Assembly: GCA_030141605.1 (NCBI GenBank)
Contig: JAQGDQ010000578.1
Location: forward strand, 1 to 64,000
Origin: Tubiluchus corallicola
Taxonomy: Eukaryota; Animalia; Priapulida
Direction: 5' to 3'
DNA length: 64,000 nt
Shown here: positions 54,196-64,000 of the stretch, piece by piece
How positions within the stretch are numbered: position 1 is the first letter of the stretch
Layout: each line of letters opens with the position of its first letter
Position numbers and translations under genes: made by a program
The notes under the pieces: model-generated
What the model saw: the letters and a program-made list of their open reading frames with translations, nothing else
The model's database searches: none
What the model was told of the DNA's origin: nothing

Positions 54196-55472
54196 TCACG
54201 TGTGCCCAATGTGTGACTACTAACTACTCTTTGATCGACACAATATTTAAGCCCCATACACACGCCCACGCGTTCATATTTACAGAATATAGTCACTAAA
54301 TCCGTATGGTCAACATTTTTCCTGCTGTGATTTTTCTCCTGATTAGTCTGTTGACTTATAGATCAGTGACGGGACAAATCCCAGCTAAATTCACTCCCTT
54401 CTCCCGCGTACGTGCTGTCCGCGAAAATTTACCATTTATAATGAAGCAATGCGAAAAGCTGTCGTTTCTACTTTTGGCTCGGAATCGATGACTGTAATTG
54501 GACTTCACGGCGCGCCATTGCTGGGAGTGAAAATACGATGTCGCGTTTGAATTTTGAATCGATGTTCTACGTTTTTTCCTCTGCGTCAGTAACAGAAGTT
54601 GATGATAATCATTATTAAAAAGTAATTTGGTCATTAATGTGACGACTGTACAAAGTGGTAGCCACAACATCTGCGCATGCGCAGTATGAGTAAGAAACAA
54701 TCAACCAGATAAAAACGTAGGCTGGGAAATAAGTAATTAACAAGATTAATTAAGCAATTGGATTTAGGTAAGAAGATAAGTAAGTAGGAAGACAAGCGAG
54801 CATGAAAGATCAAAACCATTTAAAAACAAACAGCAAAATGAGCGACAACTACAAAACTTCAACCTCCTTTGCTTCTCTTCTCAACAATTATTCACAACGT
54901 TTCGATAGAGTACTCCCGCCATTATTGAAGGTCCTATCACACCTTAGTAGACACTTGCTGTCAAAATTTACTACTGATTAGCTTCATTAAAAACGGGTCC
55001 ATTTCCTTATAAACTTGCACATTTTGCTCTGATTTGCATTGAAACATTTTAAATTTAGTCGTTGGTACAGACATCTTGAGAAAAAAACAAAATCGGGGAA
55101 GAAAGCGGAAGTGACATCACGTTAGGAACGACTGATTTTTTTGTTTTAAAGTTTCCTTTTCATAGTTACCGTGCATTTAAATTCAGTTTCATTTACTGCC
55201 AGGAGAAATTAAAAAACTGCCAGTCACATTAAACTTAATTACTGATTATTAAATTATTTAAAAATTATTGATCCGATGTATAAAGTAAATTAAATTATCA
55301 ATCTCTTGTTTGCTGGTTTAACAGATTTTGAAACTTTTTATTAAACTCACTAAATAATCGGTATGTTTATTAAATTAGTAACTGTTTTGATCGACACATT
55401 AATTGTGTAACCAGTTAAATTTAAAGATTTATGTATATTGATGATAATTGAATTTAGCTTATGCGTCAATAA

Positions 55473-55950
55473 TTAAAGCAAAAATGGACCCAATCTTAAA
55501 CTGTAGAACAAAAAACAATCTACTCTCTAAAATATTGAAAGGGAACCCACTATTTTTTCCAAAAATGGCTTACGTGAAAGAAAAATTACTACAGAAACGT
55601 AATTTCACTTTCGGGCCACTAGTTCTTTGCTGTTACATGCATTTCGTCATTTGCTAGTTAGATGGGCACTAGCGCCTGCATTTCGGAAACGCATTGCAGA
55701 GAAAGCAGATGCTGTACCTCTCAGTTCAGATGTTTTAGTTTGTGAAGACCTGCACATGTTCAGCAGCACGGCGGAAAATTTGAAATTTGAATTTTTGTCT
55801 TAAAACTTGTTTAGTTTTAGTACAACACTCTATAGTAGTTTACAGTATATCTTACAGTAGCACTGTACTTCAATTTTCACATTCGCAAACACGTGCAACA
55901 CGCTCGCGGAATATCAATGCTGTTGAAAATTATGTTAATTTGTGATGTCA
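55473..55950 (+). mobile_element. Family A MITE, truncated, in the left arm of the inverted duplication
   Basis: Starts TTAA-AGCAAAAATGGACCC. The CTATAGTAGTTTACAGTATAT variant is shared only with the 59.4 kb copy. Confidence 0.87.
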
Positions 55951-56066
55951 CACGCTTATTAGTACAAATGTACTTATAATACATTTTAAAAGATCACCAT
56001 ATGAAGTTGTTTCATAATGTCATGTGAACGTAAATTTGACGGCTTGCAGCATGTTTTTCTATCATT

Positions 56067-56122
<56 letters not shown>

Positions 56123-57047
56123 TATTTATTTATTTATCAATAAAGTTCTTTCCATTAAATTATGATAAACTTACTTGATAGATGGAGCTTGATTAGTTCT
56201 CATACGGGCAAAAAATGACCTTCATTATTTAAACTTAGCTTAATAAAATAAATTTCAGACTTATTAAAACCACCAAAAAGCTATTTTCTATTGACAATAG
56301 ACAATAAAATTAAGTTGAATTTCTATTAGAGGAAATAGCCATAATTTCTCTTCAGGGATTACACGGGAGAACTTTGTAAATGTTGAATACATCATCAAAC
56401 GAGGCGAAACCTTTCAGATAAGAAACCGCCCAATGAACGACCTTCATTCTGTTTTCGCGAGCGAATCAGATATAATATGACAGCATCCTGCTGCTTTCAC
56501 AGGAGATGGCAATTAGCGTAATGAATCAACACATTTCAAAGTTATCAATTATTTTATACGTTTCTCTTACAACTCGGTGTTTTTGAATTATTAATGAGAA
56601 GTCGAATTCATTGTAGCATAAATTCAAAGGCACAAATAAAACATTCATTTGTATAAATTAAATGCATCGCACTGTAAGCAGGTCTTTGACAGGAACCGTC
56701 GTTTTATTTTGGGCGCCATTTTGGCCGCCATATTAGGTGTCGTTGTTTAGACAGAGTGGAAACGTTGATAGTGGGCACCCTAAAACTTCCGAAAGCCATG
56801 GACAACGGTGTGTTTCGGACGCCATTTCGTATCCCATATTGGGGCTGACAAAATTGAAATAGTCCGTCATGGGCCATGCTGGTTCTTATAGTATACAATA
56901 TTTGAGGGTCAAATAGATTTTGCAAATATATATCACTCCTGTGTGATATCACTCTATAGAACCAGCTGTTGTATTTAAAAACTTTTTAATTTACAAATGT
57001 ATATTTAAAGCATGGTTTACATTTTACAAACCCTTGTTGTCAGTTTG

Positions 57048-57648
57048 GTTTTTTCATATCCTAACATATTTTGATGCGCGTAAACAGTACACATTTTAAC
57101 ACATGTAATACTGTCAAAGCGTTTCTAATAATTAAATAATAGGTTAAAAACTTAATTAACGGCAACTGAGCCGAACTGATGATGACATCACAACTCAACA
57201 TATTTTTCAACAGCACAAACATTCCACGAGCGTGTTGCACATGTTTGCGAAAGAGAAAATTGAAGTACAGTGCTACTGTAAGATATTCAGTGTGTTGTAT
57301 TAAAACTAGGCAAGTTTTAAGACAAAAATTCAAATTTCAAATTTACCACTGTGCTCACGCATTACCTGTCGAACGTGTGCAATTCTTCACAAATTAACAC
57401 ACCTGAACTGAGCGGTACAGCACCTATTTTCTGAGTAATGCGTTTCCCGAAATGCAGGCGCTAGTGCCTCTCTAACTAGCGAATGGCGAAATGCATGTAC
57501 CAGCGAAGAATTTGCGCGAACACGAAACTATGTTTGTTTGGTAATTTCACGTAAGCCGTTCTTGAAAGAATAGTACGTTCCGTTTAAATATTGTATAGCG
57601 TAAATTGTTTTGAGACATAATTTAAGATTGGGTTTGGATTTCCTTTAA
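57048..57648 (-). mobile_element. Family A MITE, near full length
   Basis: Homology along its whole length; right end GGATTTCCT-TTAA. Confidence 0.85.
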
Positions 57649-58003
57649 TAACTGTTCTGGAAAGATTTCTCTGGCCACGTTAAGCTGCACGTGCAGAAAA
57701 TGCTGCTGCTATACTAACAGCGTCTTGTTGTCTTGGGAACGTTGGTCATTAGTCTTGGCCGTGGTCTCATAGGGTTCCATTATATAAATGCCAAGCAGTT
57801 GACCAAATGGTCGTCTTCTCATTTGGATGTGACGTCAGTCTAGCGTGACCCAATAAACGAACGGGCTGCTTTAGGACGCCTGATTTAATCCGGATGCGGA
57901 GATTGTTGTTAATTGTGCATCGATATTCATCCGCTGGATTTCACGCCTCAATTCCGTCTCCTGTATAAAGCTTCGTCACACAAGACAAAGTTTATATGCC
58001 TCC

Positions 58004-58192
58004 AGATCGTTGAGTGTAGTGGTACCGCGTTCGCTTCCCGTCTATGTGGTCGTGAATTCGACACAGCGGCCGGGTCATACGAAAAACTTGGTACCTGCTG
58101 CTGCTATGTAGATGTAATTTATTATTTACGGTCGGCAAAAAGCTCTTTGAGCTAATGTTAACTGTTTATCCAAAAGGCCACTTTAAATAAAG
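58004..58192 (+). mobile_element. tRNA-derived SINE remnant (MetaSINE-like core, tentative)
   Basis: A-box-like TGAGTGTAGTGG, B-box-like GAATTCGAC, then CGGCCGGGTCATAC...TGGTACCTGCTGC; followed by AATAAA and (ATT)n. Confidence 0.6.
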
Positions 58193-58665
<473 letters not shown>

Positions 58666-58699
58666 TCATATAAAAATTTGGCTTCTAATAATGAGGATA

Positions 58700-59240
58700 C
58701 TACGAGAAAGGAATATCTTCTTGCTGCTAGAGCAAACATTCGTATTAGAAACTTTATATGTAGTAAAGGCTTTAAGATACAATTATTTAAGACTTATTGC
58801 ACGAGTGTCTATGGCATACCACTGTGGAGCAAGGTATGCTTATAATGTTTACATTGCTTATATTATTAAAAAATTAAAAGTTACACAGTTGTATAAGAAA
58901 ACTATTTTCATTATCATATGATTGCAACGCTAGTCAAATGTGTGTCAACTTGCACATGAATCATTCTGACGTAATCATACGAAAAGCTGTTTATTTTTTA
59001 AAAATCGATTACATCCTTCTAGTAATATTTTAATACAACGCATTTTAAATTCTGACATCAGTATGTATTCTTATATCTTTGGCAAATGGAGAAGAATTCT
59101 GTTTGTATGTGTATAAATGTACCCATATGTGACATCGTAAATAAGTTTTTAAGTTAGTTTTTAGTAGTATTTCTTTTTATTCTTGTTTTTATGTATTTGC
59201 GTTTTATGGACTTTAGATTCCTAAATAAATAAATAATTGA
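58700..59240 (+). mobile_element. Decayed LINE ORF2 3' end (RTE-X-like, tentative)
   Basis: Frameshifted pieces FKTYCTSVYGIPLW...KKLKVT...DCNASQMCVNL...DVIIRKAV...SSNILIQRIL...KWRRIL, then a (TAAA)n tail. Confidence 0.65.
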
Positions 59241-59351
59241 AATTGAATTTGAATCGAAAAATTATTAGCCGCAATTTTTTTTTATGCAAAGTTAGGAAAT
59301 CTTTTTCCTATTAGTGTGTTGTTTAATTGCACACGCCAGGTTCAACTGCAG

Positions 59352-59981
59352 TTAAAGGAAGACAGGATAATTTTTCATATACTACCCCATTTTCAAGTCC
59401 GATAGAAAGTATACATTTTAACACGATTAATACTGCAAAAGCGTTTCTGGTAAATAAATACTAAGTTAAAATCTTAATTAACGGCGCGCGAGCCCAGCTA
59501 TTGATGACATCACAAACTAACATAATTTTCAACATCAAAAATATTCCATGAGCGAGTTGCACGTGTTTGCGAATGTGAAAATTGAAGTACAGAGCTACTG
59601 TAAGATATACTGTAAACTACTATAGAGTGTTGTACTAAAACTAAACAAGTTTTAAGACAAAAATTCAAATTTCATATTTACCGCTGTGCTGTTGAACATG
59701 TGCAGGTCTTCACAAACTAGAACATCTGAACTGAGAGGTACAGCATCTGTTTTCTCTGCAAGGCGTTTCCGAAATGCAGGCGCTAGTGCCCATCTAACTA
59801 GCAAATGACGAAATGCATGTAACAGCAAAGAACTAGTGGCGCGAAAGTGAAATTACGTTTCTGTAGTAATTTTTCTTTCACGTAAGCCATTTTTGAAAAA
59901 ATAGTGGGTTCCCTTTCAATATTTTAAAGAGTAGATAGTTTTTTGTCCTACAGTTTAACATTGGGTCCGTTTTTGCTTTAA
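59352..59981 (-). mobile_element. Family A MITE, full length, in the right arm of the inverted duplication
   Basis: TTAA-AGGAAGACAGG...GGGTCCGTTTTTGCT-TTAA. Confidence 0.9.
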
Positions 59982-61535
59982 TTATTGACGCATAAGCTAA
60001 ATTCAATTATCACCAATATACATAAATCTTTAAATTTAACTGGTTACTCAATTAATGTGTCGATCAAAACAGTTACTAATTTAATAAACATACCAATTAT
60101 TTAGTGAGTTTAATAAAAAGTTTCAAAATCTGTTAAACCAGCAAACAAGAGATTGATAATTTAATTTACTTTATACATCAAATCAATAATTTATTAATTA
60201 GTAATTAAGTTTAATGTGACCAGTCAGTTTTTTTAATTTCTCCTGGCAGTAAATGAAACTGAATTTAAATGCACGGTAACTACGAAAAGGAAACTTTAAA
60301 ACAAAAAAAAATCGAACATCGTACGCACATGTAAATAGAACTAAATACAGGTAAACTCACGCATGCGCAGTGTCGTTCCTAACGTGATGTCACTTCCGCT
60401 TTCTTCCCCGATTTTGTTTTTTTCTCAAGATGTCTGTACCAACGACTAAATTTAAAATGTTTCAATGCAAATCAGAGCAAAATGTGCAAGTTTATAAGGA
60501 AATGAACCCGTTTTTTAATGAAGCTAATCGGTAGTAAATTTTGACAGCAAGTGTCTACTAAGGTGTCATAGGACCTTTAATAATGGCGGGAGTACTCTAT
60601 CGAAACGTTGTGAATAATTGTTGAGAAGAGAAGCAAAGGAGGTTGAAGTTTTGTAGTTGTCGCTCATTTTACTGTTTGTTTTAAAATGGTTTTGATCTTT
60701 CATGCTCGCTTGCCTTTTGAAACCGAACCTGAAAAACAGCAAATGTGAAGAAGTTTCAACACAACCTGGATTTGAACCCTGGACTCTCTTAATTAAATAA
60801 TATATTTAGTAAGATACAGAGATACGCCTGCGATATTACCTTGTATACGCATGATGCTATTTCGGGTAATCCTGGGATACTAGAATTACTATGCCAATTG
60901 GCCTCACGTGCGTGGGAAGGTCTTTTCTTTACGAATGGATGCTACATTAAGTTTTCATGCGTGAATAAGTGACTGAATCAGAATTTCGCTGGATACCAGT
61001 CATTAAGAGATCGCAGAACTCTTACCGGTACTTATGCGGGATAAGGTGCGTTGCTACGTTTTTATAGCCGCAACATAAAAGGGCCTTATATTATATTGAC
61101 TAAACTATAATCAGCTCGCTCGCTTCTATAGCAGTGGGAATAAAGGTTACATAAAACCTTAACGATCTGGCGATCGATTTCTGTGCACCAGACGTATCCA
61201 CTCGGAAACGCCGTGGCTTCAACGTTTAGATAAAATTGTGGATTTCTCAATGGCTTCAGTAAAATGAAACGACCTATTGCGCGGAAAGTGAGACGGGTTG
61301 AATCTGCCCAGGAACAGCTGAATCGAAAGTGAAATAAACAGCACTTTAGTTTCACCTTACAACATGTTAAACATGAAACTATGCATTTGATTAAAGGCCT
61401 CATTAGAACGTTGAAGTAACAGTATAGTACAATTAACACAATTCATCCTAATGATTGCAGAATTTTAAATATATTAAATCTTTTAAGTTGCTTAAAATTT
61501 GGCAATTAATTCTTTTTGTCAGTGAGAAAGTCAAC

Positions 61536-61806
61536 TTTTTATTCTGTTTGTTTTCTTGGTCTTGTCGTCGTCTTATTTTTGTTCTTGTTTTTTCCTTGTT
61601 CTAGTCTTATTCTTGCTTATTCTTCTCATTGTCGTTGTCCACGTTCTGTATCATTGTCTCCCTGTTCATTGTCATTCATTGTCATTTAATTGTCATTCTG
61701 TTCAGCCTTATCTTTACTCTTATGATAATAAGCTCTTTGTCTCTGCCTCTCCGTCTCTACCTATCTCTTTTTCTGTCTCCATAGTTGTCGCTATCTCTTT
61801 CTCCTT
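61536..61806 (+). repeat. ~270-bp pyrimidine-rich direct repeat; second copy at ~63600-63873
   Basis: CTTGTTCTAGTCTTATTCTTGCTTATTCTTCTC...GTCCACGTTCTGTATCATTGTC is shared. Confidence 0.85.
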
Positions 61807-62939
61807 CTCTTAAACGAGTGTCAGATGACTTGTTTGGTCCAAAACGTTTAAGGAGACCCAACGTTCAACGTTCTGGCAATGAATGGAACACGCAAGGCTG
61901 TTTGTATGCATCCCCTGTTCCTAAAACAACAGACGTGGACAAAAGCACTTAACTTAAGACATCAAATCCTTCAAAGTGCTGTGTAAACAAGCTCCGTATG
62001 CAAAACTGAAACCTGGCCTATGATCTGAGCCATAGACCATTTGTTAGCTGTAACAGGTTAAAAATAAGGAGCATGTTCACTGGAACAACCAGGCTTAAAC
62101 CCTACAAGGAAAAGAACGTCTTTAACATTGTAGTCAATAGAGTACAACAAAATCCAAAACAAGCTGTAGATAGCATATTGTACTGAACACCCCTTTCACG
62201 CGAAGTGTAAGTTTCTGTTGAAGCCAAGTTACGCATCTGGCTTGTAAAAAGCGGTCGTCTCTCCTCTTTTACTGGTTCAGTTAGTTTAATCCACGTCACG
62301 TTAAACGCTACTGCATCATTATTTTTGAATCTACTTCATGTAACTTGCAAATAAAGGTATCATTTTTCTCACATATCATTCTCTTGTTTCGTGAACGGGT
62401 GGACCGAACCAACCTGGGTAGTTTAGCCCTTGTGGACGAGGTACCGCCTGCAGTTTATTATCTTTGTGACGCAGTTACTGCAGGGATAAACCAGGAATAG
62501 CCTCATTAACTTTTTTTCATTCTTGCACTTGTACATCTTTATCACAAACTTTGCATTTTATCTTATTTATGGTACCATTTAATGTTGCAACATGTTGCAT
62601 TATGTAATTATCTTTGCATTGCACTGAGTGGCTTCGCTACCTTCTTTGCTTCTCTCCATTGTGTCACCATATTATCCAGTACTACATGTTTCTGTGTTAG
62701 TTCTGTGACAGTTTATGTTATTTGACTTTACATGTATCTCTGTTTGGACTTGTTAAAAATAATTTTTACAGCTCTTCATTCTTATTTTCTTCTTTTATTT
62801 TCTAACCTTTACTAACTTTACATTCGCCTTCATCTTCGTTTTTATTTTTACTCACCTGTCTTTTAACGTTACCATTACCTTTATTTTTACCTTTGTGTTT
62901 CCTTTACCTTTACCTTTACATTTACTTTGCTTTACCTTT

Positions 62940-63530
62940 ACTTGTCCATGTCTTGCACTGTTTCTTCCACGTGCTTTGCACTTGTCTTGCTTTTGTTCTT
63001 GTTCTTGTTGCTACTCTTAAATCTGTTCTTGTTCTTGTGTTGTTCTTGTTCATGTCTTGCACTGTTTCTTCCACGTGCTTTGCACTTGTCTTGCTTTTGT
63101 TCTTGTTGCTACTCTTAAATCTGTTCTTGTTCTTGTGTTGTTCTTGTTCATGTCTTGCACTGCTTCTTTTACGTGCTTTGTACTTGTCTTGCTTTTGTTC
63201 TTGTTCTTGCTGCCGCTCTTAAATCTGTTCTTGTACTTGTGTTGTTCTTGTTCATGTCTTGCACTGTTTCTTCCACGTGCTTTGTGCTTGTCTTGCTTTT
63301 GTTCTTGCTCTTGTTCTTGCTGCTGCTCTTAAATCTGTTCTTGTTCTTGTGTTGTTCTTGTTCATGTCTTGCACTGCTTCTTCTACGTGCTTTTGTTCTT
63401 GTTCTTGCTGCTACTCTTAAATCTGTTCTTGTTCTTGTGTTGTTCTTGTTCATGTCTTGCACTGCTTCTTCTACGTGCTTTTGTTCTTGTTCTTGCTGCT
63501 ACTTTTAAATCTGTTCTTGTTCTTGCAATT
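62940..63530. repeat. ~88-110-bp variable tandem repeat built on TTCTTG
   Basis: CATGTCTTGCACTG...AAATCTGTTCTTG recurs six times. Confidence 0.9.
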
Positions 63531-64000
63531 ATTCTTGTCTTATTCTTGTGTTTGAGTTGTCTTCTAATGTTTCTTGTTTGTGTTCCTGTATTTGACTTGT
63601 TTTTTATTCTTATGTTTGTTTTCTTTGTTTTGTCGTCTTCTTATTTTTGTTCTTGTTTTATCCTTGTTCTAGTCTTATTCTTGCTTATTCTTCTCGTTGT
63701 CGTTGTCCACGTTCTGTATCATTGTCACCCTGTTCATTGTCATTCAATGTCATTCAATTGTCTTTCTGTTTAGCTCTTATCTTTACTCTTAGAATTATAA
63801 GCTCTTTGTCTTTGACTCTCCGTCTCTATCTATCTCTTTTTCCGTCTCTATAGTTGTCTCAATCTCTTTCTCCATCTCCATCTTCATCTTTATCTTCATC
63901 TTCTTCATATCTATCTCCTTCTCTTTCTCTATCTCTATCTCTATCTTTATCTCTCTATCCATGTCCATGTCCCTATCCATATTCTATCCCTATCTGTAGC

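Overview
AT-rich animal (probably marine invertebrate) nuclear DNA that reads as intron or intergenic sequence packed with repeats. I see no operon, rRNA, intact tRNA, CRISPR array or intact transposase/RT ORF. Nearly all ORFs in the track are artefacts of simple repeats or MITEs. The one host-gene signal is missing from the ORF track: a + strand exon (~30624-30777, phase-1 GTGAGT donor) encoding the C-terminal half of an I-set Ig domain most like DSCAM Ig5, whose upstream part looks disrupted. Mobile DNA is dominated by three families (A, B, D) of non-autonomous elements with TTAA target sites and AG termini (Kolobok-like); two in-window empty sites support the TTAA duplication. There are also a TA-flanked TIR family (C), a Tigger/pogo-like MITE, a tRNA-derived SINE and several LINE 3' remnants. 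Structural highlights: a near-perfect palindrome with arms of at least 950 bp at the window start, a second ~1.2 kb inverted duplication at 54.8-60.7 kb, a 78-bp satellite apparently built from a LINE zinc-knuckle coding segment, several minisatellites with hairpin-forming monomers, and two compound microsatellites whose unit changes stepwise and returns to the starting unit. All alignments were made by eye; coordinates of degenerate elements are approximate.
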